A stretch of DNA of 64,000 bases from Carcharhinus longimanus. Its lineage: Eukaryota. The DNA lies in the NCBI GenBank assembly GCA_030264375.1, contig JASCQW010000099.1, positions 34,594,597 through 34,658,596 of the forward strand, given 5' to 3'. The position numbers were made by a program, and so were the translations under genes. Shown in pieces: positions 1 through 14,400 of this stretch (position 1 is its first letter; the number at the start of each line of letters is the position of its first letter). The notes under the pieces were generated by a model that was given only the letters and a program-made list of their open reading frames with translations, was not told where the DNA came from and did no database searches.

Positions 1-1874
1 TAATTTTCAGTGTCATGGAGCTCGTTGATTTTAATTAAAAATTAGAATATCATTAAAACAATATTTGACAGCTAATCCATCTTTAAATACATGGAGGCAA
101 GCTGGGGGAGGGGGTGGAATTCTCCCAAAAAAATCTTGGTGCTGAATTTGTGTGAAAAGTGAAGTAAATCGTGTTGGTTTTTTTCACTGAGAGTTTCAAA
201 ATGAATCTTCCACACTCTGTGCGCTACAGAGGGCACTAGTGTGAATTACATGAAAAATTCAGGGGTGGGGCCTATTCCCACTGAAGACGCTGGAATTCAT
301 GAGCTGAATGGGCCCCCAAACCTGTGCACATCTCTGGGAGATTGCTAAGTAAGTTCTTCCAGCATAAATATCGCTGGCCTCAACACTCTAACCCTACCCC
401 CACCCCACACTACCCCCACCCCACCCCACCCCAGATATTGCTGGCCTCATCGCTGGCCTTTCACTCTGCTCTCCCCTTACCTTACCCCCCAGCTTCCACC
501 TCCCCCCACCTCCCACGGACATTACCCCCTTCCCCTCCTTCCCCTCCACAAGAAAATTGCTGGCTCCCCCATTAGACCTGTTAGGAGAAGGTATAACTTA
601 CTTGAGTTCTTTAGAGAGGGAACCCTTTTGAATATGGTTCCAGGACAGCTTTGGGAGAGATGAAATGTGCTTTGGGAGAGGCAAGATGCCCTTTGAAAGG
701 GATAGGTGCCCTTTGGCATTATTGAAAGTAGACATGAATATACAGAGAATGTGATAAATCCATTGAAACTGTCAAAGTCATTGGAACAGTCAAGGGAGCT
801 GTCCAGGCCTAGAAATTTCCAGCCATTTAAATATGTGAAAAAATTGTCAGTGTTAAAAATAACTATGTATGCAATTTCATTCTGTTCCTTGACATAAGGT
901 TACTGTTATGGGACTAGTGCAATAAAACTGATTTCATTACAGTGGGACAATGAATACAAATGCTTGTTTTTATAAGGGATTAAAGGAAGTAAATGGATTT
1001 TTTATCAACTTTTTTTTTAAACAATGAATTTATCAATAGGGACTGAAGAACTTTATTTAATCTTAGTATGCATCTTGAGATCTGCCCAGGTAGAGAACTG
1101 GATAAATTAACGTGGATGGTGTAAGGGAAAATGGTGAAGGCCAAGGGGGTATTGGAGGCATGAGATGGCATGAATCAGCATTAAATTAGCATAGGAGGCA
1201 TAGAAGGCCAAGATGGAGAGCCATTGATTGACATGAAGGGTCTAAGGGGCGGGGTGGGGGGGGTGTGTGGTGGATGGGTGACACGATATAGCATGGGTCG
1301 ACATTGATGGGCATGAGGAAAGTGATTGGGAGTATGAGCAGTGAGCGCTGGAGGTTTTTCTCTGCTTCATTTTTTTTTCACAGCACAACAACTGCTGGAG
1401 CACTGAAGTGGGCCGTTCTCACATTCCACTGCAAGCAAATCCTGTGGCTGCCTCCAAATTCTTTCCAGGAACAATGAGGATGACTCCATAGAAGCCAGAC
1501 ACTCCCACCCCTACCCTATGCTGGAGTGAAAGTATAAAGATTTGGGGCACTTTTTCAGGAATTAAGCTCACGTAGCCAGGAATCCTCCCAACTCTACACA
1601 GCAAATGCGAGAGTGATAATTCATTTCAATCTATTTATATGGCTAACAACAGGATATTTATTTATTGTTGCAAGTTGATAGACAATTTGCACATTTGAAA
1701 TGCATATGCAGTAAACCTGGAATCATTTTGCAACTATTTCTGGAATCATGTTTGGGGTGTCATGTTATGTCAGACGTGATATACCAAAAGAACAAATGGA
1801 TCATTAAGGTTTCCTGCATCTTCAGTTCTGATTTTCTGCTCGTTCACTTTGAGTGAGGCAACAAGATCCAATTT

Positions 1875-2262
1875 TTTTTTAAATTCATTACTGGGATGTG
1901 GGCGTCGCTGCAAGGCTAGTATTTATCGCCCATCCTTAATTGCCCTTGAACTGAATGGCTTGCTAGACCATTTCAGAGGGCAATTAAGAGTCAGCTACCT
2001 TGCTGTGGATCTGCAGTCACATGTAGGCCTGACTGGGTAAGAACAGCACATTTCCTTCCCTAAAGGACACTTATGAACCAGATGGGTTTTTCCAACAATC
2101 GACAATGGCTTCGTCATCTGTAGATTCATAATTTCAGATTTTTAAAATTGAATTCAAATTCCACCATCTGCTGTGGCAAGATTCAAACCCAGGTCCCCAG
2201 AACATTAGCTGAAATTCTGAATTAATAGTCTAGTGATAATACCACAAGGCCATTGCCTCCCT
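1875..2262 (-). mobile_element. tRNA-derived SINE, second family (copies about 5455-5835 +, 30660-31020 -)
   Basis: The three copies share gtcacatgtaggcc...atttccttccctaaaggac...gggtttt and a GGTTTGAATC B-box. Confidence 0.75.
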
Positions 2263-2381
2263 TGAAGTGTGTCAAGAAGTGTAAAGATTACAGGGAGTTG
2301 GAATTAAATGCAAGTTTTTAAAGAATTATCAATAATTTTATTCCTTTCAATAAAATATAAAGTGAAATCTGTCAGTCTTAC

Positions 2382-2463
2382 CACTTGGTGATACTTTCCA
2401 ACAGTCTGATGCGGTTTTACTTCTGTTTCTTTATATGCTATAAAGTGAATGAGTGTGTTAATC
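2382..2463 (-). CDS. chs: Chitin synthase exon 18 (INTLIHFIAYKETEVKPHQTVGKYHQV)
   Basis: cccccag| acceptor after an 86-bp intron, GTG|GTAAGA donor. Continues the HR-x-x-TL-x-H motif. The donor implies at least one more exon. Confidence 0.87.
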
Positions 2464-5400
2464 CTGGGGGAAAAAAGTAAATAAAATAATCAGCACTCCC
2501 ATAATATTGTATTAATTCTTTGTTAATTAAGATACATTTTTATTAATACCTGTGGTACAACATGGTGAGGAACTGAATTCCCAGTAGCCCAGCAAATGAT
2601 GCCAAGAACATGAAACTGAGTGGTTCAATAGTTAGAATTTCATCTTTGGAAAATATACCATTTGGGAGGATTTTGGGGATCTTGATGTGTATCTCTGGAC
2701 CAATTGCTTGTAGGAAAAACGTTGAAATGATCCAAAGAACATTAATGATGAAATACAGAAAAGTTGCCTGAAAGAATGAAAGGGTTTATTCATTATAGGT
2801 TTTTAAAATGTACATAAAGGCAAATATTCCCCCTGAGTACAATGAGTGAATACACATTTCGCAGCAATGTTGTTTTCTTACAGCCTGTCCATGAAAGAGC
2901 TAAAGTAAATCTAATTAATCAGTCCAGGCATTCAATAGGAGCCCCTAATTCACTTTAATCACTGAGAAAGCAGGAACAGAATCTATTGAGATTGGCACCA
3001 ACTGTGAATTGCCAATTCTCAGACATACTGAGGCAGATTTCACTCAGAGAATGAAGCCCACACAAAATGTATCTTCACATGCATTTGCATTCTTTCAATT
3101 AGAAGACATTTTGTACAATGGCCAAGCATTGGCAAGATTATGTAGAACTAATGGCTGGTCTGTTATATTCAGAAATCTAAAAGATCATGAAAACGGTTGG
3201 TAAGCCATTTCATATGCTAAACCCTGAAATCTGCTGATTTTCTCAGTCCTTCTCTACCTCCTGCTTTCTCCTTCCATACACAAAAATAATTCAACATGGT
3301 TCCACCTTTGGGACTGAACAAATGACCAGATTCAGAACGGTCACCTGTCAGTGGGGTTTACCTTATTTCTGAGAGCTTTCAGTTGCTTTGCTATCTCGGC
3401 CTGTCTCTCTTTATCTTCTTCAATTGGTTTAAGATACAGGTTGATGAGGTCATTCCAGAATGGGTTTTCTGCCTGTAGATATGAAATATGGACCAGTAAT
3501 ATCAATAAAATTGTTATACTCCAATTGTCCATCTGAACAATGTTATTCATCTGCTTTGTGCAGGTGAATAACTACACACAATAGAGCAGTGTTCGTATTA
3601 CACACCGAAATAAACACATCAGGAAATTAACAGCAATGCCATTAGCAACAACTTACTTCATCAAGCTCTTCTTCAACAAGCTGTATATGGAGTGACTGTC
3701 CTTGCAAGTTGCTTATCCAATCTACACAATGAAAACATAAGGTAGAGATGATTCCCAAAATCATTGCCATCATGTCAGTTAAGCAACAAAGTATCCTTAA
3801 TTTTGACTTTTAAACTGCAGATGACCCAAAACTCTATTTGAATATACCAAAAATGCATGAATCTCCATGGTAACATTTTTCTATCAGTACAGCGACAATT
3901 TGCATTTATATTGCATCTTCCATGTTACCAGGATGATCTGAAGTGCTGCAAAGTGAACAAATCATGTTGTGTAGTTATAATGAAGGAGAAAGAGCTGCCA
4001 ATTTACGATCACAACAAAGTCTGACAAAAACAATGACGTAAGCAGTGAAATAATCTGATTTTTGTGAAGATGTTTGAGGGTTAGGACATCAGAGAGGACT
4101 GGTTTTTCTTTGAATAGTAATATGGGGTATTTTATATTAACCTGAAATGGCAGATAGAGCCAAAATTTAACATCTATCTGAACAATTATACCTCAGAAAA
4201 TGCAGCACACTGTCAATACTTCAGTGGAGTGTCAGCCTGGATTGTGTGATCAAGTGTTTAGATTGAAGCTCAAAATGACAATTTCTTGTTGCAGTGCTAC
4301 CACTGAGCTTTGGATAATATCAAGATTTTGCATATTTGCATGGGGTATCATTTACATCCACATCTCCCAGCATTGCTATGTGGCATTAAAACCCCCAGTA
4401 TTACTCAATCATTAGGCTGATAAAGCAACAAATTATGTCATCTTTTCAGCTTGCAGACTGTTGAGAATCCAATGCTAATTGCCACTGCACAGAAGATTTG
4501 GTCCATGGTCTCACCAGTGCTTCCTATCTGTGGCAAAACATCCCTATGTTTATCTTCCATTCCCCCTTGCAATACACAACAATTTCCATTCCCTTCAAAT
4601 CACTTCCTGGACTTGTATACTAACTTTTTGTGTGTCATTTACCAAGACAATCAGATCCCTGCATCTCAGTTCAGTAATCTCTCCCTATTTAGATAATATG
4701 CTGCTTTTCTATTGTGCCTGCCAATGTGTAAATGTTCGCATTTCCCACATTATTCCCATCTGCCATAGTTTTGCCCATCCACTTAACCAACCTTTGACTC
4801 TTTGCAGACCCCTCCACAATTTACTTTCTTACCTATCTTTATATTATCAGCATATTAGCAGCAATACATTCAATCCTTTCATCCAATCATTGACATTGAT
4901 TGCAAATAGTTAAGCCCCAAGACACTCCACTCATCGTGTCTTGCCAACCTGAAAATGATCCATTCATGGCTACACTCTGTTTCTTATTAGCTAACCAATC
5001 CTCTGCCCATGCCAACATTGGGCAGCAAGGTGGTGCAGTGGTTAACACTGCTGCCTCACAGTGTCAGGAAATCGGGTTCAATTCCAGTCTCCGGTGATTG
5101 TCTGTGTGGAGTTTGCACATTCTCCCCGTGTCTGTGTGGGTTTCCTCTGGGTGCAGAATTATGTTTTTTCTTACAATTTGATATTTCTTTTAATTTTTAC
5201 AGATAGATACAGCTGGCATTCTTTTTCCCTGAAATCTTTTTCTCATTGGAATGTACGCTTGCTGAACGTTACGAATTATATCTTAACCTAATTTCCCAGC
5301 TCACTTTAGTCAGTTCTATCTTCATGCCCTGATGATTTCCCTTATCTAAAGTTGATATACTAGCCCTCAACCCATTATTTTGTCCTCAAACAGAATGCAA

Positions 5401-8400
5401 CATTGAATCATGTTATGATCACTGCTGCCTATGGATTACTTTACTATGAGATCAGGCAGTGGCATAATAGTAGTGACTAATAATCCAGAGGCTGTGGGTA
5501 ATGCCATGGCAACCTACTCATTGAATCCCACCATGACATTGGTGCAATTTGAAACCAATAAAAATCTGGAATTAAAAGCCTAATGATGACCATGAAACCA
5601 TTGTTGGTTGTTGTAAAAACCCATTTGGTTGACTAATGTCCCTTTAGAGAAGGTACTCTTCCATCTTTACCTGGTCTGTCTTACATGTGACTCCAGACCC
5701 ACAGCAATGTGGCTGGCTCTTAACTGCCCCCTGAAATGACTTTCAAACTACAGGCCATTCAGTTCAAAGGCAATTAGTGACGGTCAACAAATGCTGGCCC
5801 AGCTAGCATTACCCATATCCCATTTAAGAATAAAAAATGTAACCCTGTCTCATTGTACATTACCAGATTCATAATATTATGCTCTGTGGTTGGCTGTAGA
5901 GCAGTGTGCTGCTTTAAGAAGCACATCCTTCAGGCTGCCTTTGCCAATCTGATTCATCCAATCTATTTGTAAATTTAGATCTCTCATTATTAACAATGTC
6001 ACAAGCCTCACTATTTCTTCCTGTATACTCCATCCTACAGTATGATTACTGTTAAGGACAGATAACTACTCTCACAGGTTACTATTTCATATCTCTACCA
6101 AAGCTACATCTTGATCTTTAGAACTAAAGACATCCCTAGCATACTAATGCCATCCTTAATCTACAGTTACCCCCCCACCTTTTCCTAGTTTCTTGTCCTT
6201 CTGAAATGCCACGTACCTGTGAATATTCATGGCTCAGCCATTGTCATCTTGTCTTCATAATGCCTTTAAGATCATACGTACTTATATCTATTTGTGCTCT
6301 CAATTCATCTGCCTTGATACAAATGCTACATACAATTAGAAACACAGCCTTTAGTTATGTCCTTTTACTACTTTTGCAACTTCAGCAGGAAGAAAATCCT
6401 GGTTAATAACAATCAGGCTTGTGTTGGACATTTATTTATTTCTGGTCAATTAACAAGTCCGGATTTTCTAAAGCCTATTAATACTCACTATCTTCAATTC
6501 TTGGTTCCACTTCTTCTTCTTCAATTACACTGAAGGAAAAGAAATCAAATAATCCCTGAATAATTTTTCAAAGTCTTCAATTCAGAACATCAAGCAATGT
6601 AATACTAGGAAATATGAAATACTGACAGGAAATGTCACAAAGAATGTTGTCAATTTCTAGACTTTAAAGAGAAGATCTAATTAAAAAGATAAAAGGAAGG
6701 GTACCCTTGAGGGACTAAATACTTCAAATATACACCCAGAACTCTCCAGAACATAGCACAAAACAAAATGGAAAAGCAGAAAAAGTGGGAAAAAAACTGC
6801 CTGATTTTAACTCTGTGCAAGTGGATAGGTTTTGAATGGGTTAAAATTAGGTTTCTTAGTTCCAAATATTCTATGAAGGCGAAGATGGGTGACTAGGAGA
6901 AATATCAGGTTTCAGCTGTGTAGAAATGCTTGCAGGTATACTTGATTTAAATATTCATTAGAACAATATCAAGAAGAATTTGCCCCTGTAAACCTTGAAA
7001 TAATTTCAGAGTTTGCTTAGATTCCTGTCATCCTAGTTCATGGGAAAATATATAGCTAATCTTTCAAGTGCTTAAAATTGGAAGAGGAAACACTCAGAAT
7101 TGCCCCTTGAAAACAGAATTTTCTCTCCCTTTCATACCCCTACCCAAAATCAAAACTGAAGGAATATAATCCTAGGAACAATCAGGATACCTACCTCAAT
7201 TTCAGAAACCAATCAAAATAAATCCCATTGCCTGAAGGGGGCGGGGAGTAAATTGTGCACTTGTACAGACAAAAGCATGTAGCAATTTCCAAAGTCAGGA
7301 CAACACCAAGTAAAGCCCAAATAAAGCTGACACTCCAACCAGCCAGGTGACCATCTTCTCCCTCTCTACATACCAGGTAGAGAGAATCGTAGATGAAGGG
7401 GAATCTGATAAAAAAAGGTCTATTATAAAGTCTGTGGTCTCTCATGAAGCAAGGAGGTCCAGTGACTCAATTACCTTTGCAAGCTTGTAGGTAGCAATTT
7501 AAGACGCCAATTTCATCCAAAGAAAATTAATCAATTAAAGGATAATAACTAAACCATCGGAACAAAGGAATCATAAATCCTGAGAATTGGGAGATTGGAC
7601 TTTTATCTGCTTTAAGAGTTAGAGTCATAGACTCATAGAGATTTACAGCATGGAAGCAGGCCCTTCATCTCAACTTGTTTATGCCGCCTTTTTTTTAAAA
7701 CCCTGAAGCTAGTCCCAATTGCCTGCATTTGGCCCATATCTCTCTATACCCATCTTACCCATGTAATTGTCTAAATGCTTTTTAAAAGACAAAATTGTAC
7801 CTGTCTCTACTACCTNNNNNNNNNNNNNNNNNNNNNNNNNNNNNNNNNNNNNNNNNNNNNNNNNNNNNNNNNNNNNNNNNNNNNNNNNNNNNNNNNNNNN
7901 NNNNNNNNNNNNNNNNNNNNNNNNNNNNNNNNNNNNNNNNNNNNNNNNNNNNNNNNNNNNNNNNNNNNNNNNNNNNNNNNNNNNNNNNNNNNNNNNNNNN
8001 NNNNNNNNNNNNNNNNNNNNNNNNNNNNNNNNNNNNNNNNNNNNNNNNNNNNNNNNNNNNNNNNNNNNNNNNNNNNNNNNNNNNNNNNNNNNNNNNNNNN
8101 NNNNNNNNNNNNNNNNNNNNNNNNNNNNNNNNNNNNNNNNNNNNNNNNNNNNNNNNNNNNNNNNNNNNNNNNNNNNNNNNNNNNNNNNNNNNNNNNNNNN
8201 NNNNNNNNNNNNNNNNNNNNNNNNNNNNNNNNNNNNNNNNNNNNNNNNNNNNNNNNNNNNNNNNNNNNNNNNNNNNNNNNNNNNNNNNNNNNNNNNNNNN
8301 NNNNNNNNNNNNNNNNNNNNNNNNNNNNNNNNNNNNNNNNNNNNNNNNNNNNNNNNNNNNNNNNNNNNNNNNNNNNNNNNNNNNNNNNNNNNNNNNNNNN

Positions 8401-11400
8401 NNNNNNNNNNNNNNNNNNNNNNNNNNNNNNNNNNNNNNNNNNNNNNNNNNNNNNNNNNNNNNNNNNNNNNNNNNNNNNNNNNNNNNNNNNNNNNNNNNNN
8501 NNNNNNNNNNNNNNNNNNNNNNNNNNNNNNNNNNNNNNNNNNNNNNNNNNNNNNNNNNNNNNNNNNNNNNNNNNNNNNNNNNNNNNNNNNNNNNNNNNNN
8601 NNNNNNNNNNNNNNNNNNNNNNNNNNNNNNNNNNNNNNNNNNNNNNNNNNNNNNNNNNNNNNNNNNNNNNNNNNNNNNNNNNNNNNNNNNNNNNNNNNNN
8701 NNNNNNNNNNNNNNNNNNNNNNNNNNNNNNNNNNNNNNNNNNNNNNNNNNNNNNNNNNNNNNNNNNNNNNNNNNNNNNNNNNNNNNNNNNNNNNATGTAG
8801 ACAACATCAACTGCACTGCCCTCATCTACCTTCTTTGTTACCCCTTCAAAAAACTCAATCAAATTTGTGAGACATGATTTTCCACTCACAAAGCCATGCT
8901 GACTGTCCCTAGTCAGCCCTCGTGTCTCTAAATGCCTCAGATTCTGTCTCTCAAAATACCTTCCAACAACTTATCACAGGCTCACCAGCCTTTACTTCCC
9001 AGGTTTTTCCCTGCAACCCTTTTTAAACAAAGGCACAGCATTTACCACCTTCCAATCTTCACCTCATTTGTGACTATCAATAATTCAAATAAATCTGCTA
9101 GAGGGCCCGCAATTTCCTTTCTAGTTTCCCACAATGTCCTGGGATACATGTCAATTACAGTTTTATATGAAAACTATATCAAACTACTTTTGAATATTGT
9201 AAATTATCTTGAAAGCAAGTTACCTGTCTGCATATTGAGTTAGTTCTTTTTTATTCTCTTTGGCAACAAATTCAATATCCCAACAGAAACATTTGCATTT
9301 CTTTTCATATCGCAGAACCTGCTGAGGTTTCTTTTTGCTCTGTATCTTTGGAGTGACTGTTTCACGTGTGCCCCATGAGACGTTATTCATGTTTACCATG
9401 GCGTAAATTGGCAACAGCAAGTACCCACTGGGGGTACAAATTATGTACAACAGTCCATAAAAAACAAGGTGGAATTCCTGGGGATGCAGCATTGCTGTTG
9501 TGACGAAGAGGACGGTCATGGAGATGAAGAACAAGCCTGATGGCGTAATAAAGGTGTTTTCTTTGACCATTTCACCTAAAAGCACACAATCTGATGTTAG
9601 CATTAAAGAAAAAGTTTATGGTCCATCTTTTCCATCAATAGAGTACAAGTTAATGTGGAAATTAGCTTATGTTCATATGAAACCCCTTATCTACTTTAAG
9701 AATCTCTGCTGAGGCTATCCTCCATCCATTTGCCCCAGGATTTTCCAATCAGACTGATGAAAATGTAGGATCCCTATTTGCATACCTAAAGGTTCTAATG
9801 CCTTTTTAGACAGATTGCTTGTCATTTACAGGTTTGCCTAAAATAGGCAGGGTGTCAATTCCCATCCACAATTTTTAACAGCTGTCCACACATTTTTCAG
9901 GCATAAATTGGGCAGAAGTGAATTTGATTTCTCTCATCATATTTTATCTTTGTAACTCAATGGTTTTCTTGCTGTAATGATACCTGTTTCAGCTCCTTCT
10001 TCAACATAGTGTGTACTTTGTTCTATTCAATTGAAAGCTTCCTTGACATTTAGGGTAATAATTTTAACACTGTCACACCCATCAGTTTGGTAATTAAATA
10101 TTGAAATAGTTACACCCTCTAATAAAGGCATATGAAGGTCACAGAACATATTTGGCAACACATTTAAAACATGGTAGTAACAAAAAATGCTAACATACAT
10201 TGGTAGGTGTTAAAAGTAGCTTTTTGACAAACTTTCACATATTCCTGTTCCTATGTACTTCAATACTTTGCATTGCTTTTTAAGTTACATTCAACTTCCT
10301 TATCTTGCAACTTCAGATGGCAAAATATAACTTTGATTGCCACTACATTTCTTTAATATGATGATATATAATGTCTTGCAATACTAATTACTAAACTAAT
10401 ATAAACATGAAAAGATAATTTTAAAAGGATTCATTTCAAATGCTTATGTTGATAAAGTTAGTTCCCATATATTATAAACTTTATTTGTGAATCATGAATG
10501 AAACACTCACCAATAATGGACATTATTGTTGCAATCATTAGAAAGGCATAAAAAATACTCAGGACAGCAGCAATCTTGATCTGGGTATCTGATTTGACTT
10601 TGTAACAGATTAGTATGTAGATGGCAGGAGGCACAATTCCAAGTGCCAGAGCAACATTTCCATTCCAGTTAAACACAAAGGTAAATGCTCCTGTAAAAGT
10701 TATTGTATAGCAAAATGTCATCTACCTTGTGTTAAAAACATTTGTATTATTAAAACTGGATAAAACAAAGAACAGCTTTCCATTATCAGCCTTACTAATT
10801 TAATATTAATCAATAAATATATCCCAATCTAATGGTTAGACAACAATCAGGAACATGCTCTAAGTTGCTCCTGCTGAGCCATAATTTTTTCACAGTAAGC
10901 AATTTTTTCACTGCACTTCCAATGAAGTTAAGATAGCAAAGTGAGATCAACTATGAGAAAATTCCTGATCTCGCTGCTTGGTGTTCATTTTGCCCTTCCA
11001 ATTGTAAAGTGAAACTCAGTGGTGTCGTTGTAGATCTGAACCACATTGCTGCAGCAATGTGTAAGTGCTGTTACCATTAGAAGGCCCACTTCATGTAACA
11101 TTGATGGCATGACATCATGATAAATGACATTGCCTGTGAGTGGAATTGTTGACAAAGTACTTGGCGGACATTGATAGCATAAAAAAGTAATTAGTAAATT
11201 TATTTTGTTTAGTTGATGAGGATGGAAAGCTTTGATGATGACAGGTTCAAATGACACCATTATATATTTCAGCCTGATTTATGTCAAGAATAACTAGGCA
11301 ATTCTCCACTCCTAGTCAAGAACCTTGCTTGATGGGAATGGAGGGCTAAGAAATCAGTGTAACAGGTTTGTAGACAATCAGGACTCCGAGCAAACAACAT

Positions 11401-14400
11401 TTCTTTTTGGAAGCACTAGGTTTCTGAACTTACCCTCATATGTTTATAAGCAAATGTAACCAGGTTTTCCAAATCATGGGGATGATTTTCCCAAAAAGAA
11501 ACTAAGTACACAATGGGCAGGAAAATGGGAGATTTTCTTGCCTGTTTTTTGAGCACACTTAGTCAGGTGAATTTACAGCACTCCATGCATCACAGAGTCC
11601 TTCAGAGGATTCACACCTGTAAAGCAATAGGGAGCCTAATGCTGTGCAAGAATCTGGTGGCAACATGCTGGGCAGCCCACTCCTCATGCAGCAATCTCTC
11701 ACAAGGTAGCCTAACCACTCCCACCGGATCACCAGCCTCTGATGGCTCCACAACCNNNNNNNNNNNNNNNNNNNNNNNNNNNNNNNNNNNNNNNNNNNNN
11801 NNNNNNNNNNNNNNNNNNNNNNNNNNNNNNNNNNNNNNNNNNNNNNNNNNNNNNNNNNNNNNNNNNNNNNNNNNNNNNNNNNNNNNNNNNNNNNNNNNNN
11901 NNNNNNNNNNNNNNNNNNNNNNNNNNNNNNNNNNNNNNNNNNNNNNNNNNNNNNNNNNNNNNNNNNNNNNNNNNNNNNNNNNNNNNNNNNNNNNNNNNNN
12001 NNNNNNNNNNNNNNNNNNNNNNNNNNNNNNNNNNNNNNNNNNNNNNNNNNNNNNNNNNNNNNNNNNNNNNNNNNNNNNNNNNNNNNNNNNNNNNNNNNNN
12101 NNNNNNNNNNNNNNNNNNNNNNNNNNNNNNNNNNNNNNNNNNNNNNNNNNNNNNNNNNNNNNNNNNNNNNNNNNNNNNNNNNNNNNNNNNNNNNNNNNNN
12201 NNNNNNNNNNNNNNNNNNNNNNNNNNNNNNNNNNNNNNNNNNNNNNNNNNNNNNNNNNNNNNNNNNNNNNNNNNNNNNNNNNNNNNNNNNNNNNNNNNNN
12301 NNNNNNNNNNNNNNNNNNNNNNNNNNNNNNNNNNNNNNNNNNNNNNNNNNNNNNNNNNNNNNNNNNNNNNNNNNNNNNNNNNNNNNNNNNNNNNNNNNNN
12401 NNNNNNNNNNNNNNNNNNNNNNNNNNNNNNNNNNNNNNNNNNNNNNNNNNNNNNNNNNNNNNNNNNNNNNNNNNNNNNNNNNNNNNNNNNNNNNNNNNNN
12501 NNNNNNNNNNNNNNNNNNNNNNNNNNNNNNNNNNNNNNNNNNNNNNNNNNNNNNNNNNNNNNNNNNNNNNNNNNNNNNNNNNNNNNNNNNNNNNNNNNNN
12601 NNNNNNNNNNNNNNNNNNNNNNNNNNNNNNNNNNNNNNNNNNNNNNNNNNNNNNNNNNNNNNNNNNNNNNNNNNNNNNNNNNNNNNNNNNNNNNNNNNNN
12701 NNNNNNNNNNNNNNNNNNNNNNNNNNNNNNNNNCACCTCCCATCAACCCACCCCAATCTGGCCACACAGTGCCAGAAGGCCCCACTCCTCAGTAGCACTG
12801 CTGCCTCACAGTGGCAGGGGCCTGGCTTTGATTCCAGTTTGTGTCACTTCTGTGCAGGGTCTGCATTTTCTCTTTATGTCGGTGTAGGTTTCTCCAGGTG
12901 CTCCTGTTTCCTCCCACAGTCCAAAATATGTGCTGGTGAGGTGCATTGGCCATACAAAATTCTCCCTCAGTGTACCCGAACCAGCGCTGAAGTGTGGTGA
13001 CTAGGGGATTTTCACAGTAACTTCATTGCAGTGTTAATGTAAGCCTATTTGTAACAATAATAATTAAACATTAAACTTAAAACTTTATAGCATCCCAAAT
13101 ATGAACAAGAAACTATCACAATATGGTAAAAAAAAAGCACAATTACCTGCTATCATCAAAATCACAGTAGCAGGACCTAGAATCGATGCTGCTGTTCCAA
13201 TAATCTGGTACAGAATGTAAAGTTTTGAAACTGAGGGGTTTCTCCTGGAGGTTTGTGCTCCACTATTTAAAAGGTCAATTGTATTCACCAAAGTCGATGG
13301 CACCCAACGGCGTCGTTGGTTGTAGAATTCTTTGAACTCCTGTGGTGCATTTGTATAGGCATCTGAAGCTGCATTGTATTCAACACGCCAGCCCTGCTGT
13401 AGTAATAATGTACATAGCCAACGGTCTTCTCCTGTTAGAATTGATTAATGCACATTACTGTTAAAACTGCTTACCAGCCCATCATACTGTGACTGCTCAT
13501 TCAACACATTCAAAAATATGAGATTCTCTTGGTACAAGGATTATTCCTACCTTCAGTAAAATATGTATCCTGGGTGATTCATATACTAAATGATTAGTGT
13601 ATAGTTAAGCTAATTGTACAAATTTACATACAGTTATAATTGTTCCCTTTTGACTGATTGTTCCTGACATTACCCATTGCTAAACATGACAAATGGTGGT
13701 TAGGGAAATTTGATGTAATTGCCTCTCAGTTTTCATCAACTTTTCCGATTGAAAGAAGCTGACTGATGTGGCAGGATGGGACAGAGTTTACAAATATTCG
13801 TGCGCAGCAGCAAATATAGTCAGAATGCAGAAGAATGGTAAAAAGGGAAAATTAAGGTCTCTTTGCCAATGGGACTTTAAGTGTCCAATCTTGCGTGAAA
13901 ACTGGAGTGTTTCTCACTGACGCTAGCAATGATCTGCACACTCCATGCAGCATATGCTAATAAGCCAGCCCTTCTACTACCTGTTCCATCCTGATTTCCT
14001 GACTCACCCAGTGCCTGATTCACTGCAGTCAGGAATCAGCTGTTAGCCTCATAGAAGCAGGAGCTGTATTTCAGCACTCGCTGCAGTAGCCACTCTCCAT
14101 TCAGCCAGCAACATGGTGAGATGAAGGTCAGCGCCTAGACTCCTAAATGCAGAGGTACAGAGGATGCTGGAAGCTGTGGAAGAGAGTTGGCAGGAGATTT
14201 GCCATCATCCTTAATCTCTGAATCATGAGAAGTGGCGGCAGACTCGATAAGTTCTAGGAGCATCACCAGGATGGTGGGCATCCTATGGCACAAGAAGATG
14301 ACTAGCCTCTTCTGATCTGCGAGGAAAAGTGCCCACTTCCCTGCTCCTGGAATCACTCATGTACCTAACCTGCAGCATCTCACTTTTACCTTCTCTATCC

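Noticed and set aside
700-1730. Candidate CHS last exons (acceptor-like AGs near 809 and 1717 on the minus strand)
   Set aside because: Polypyrimidine tracts are weak and the translations have no recognisable CHS similarity. I cannot choose between them without transcripts.
7767-13000. Several 330-495 aa ORFs in the track (also 43833-44756 and 60020-60728)
   Set aside because: They consist mostly of X from assembly gaps.
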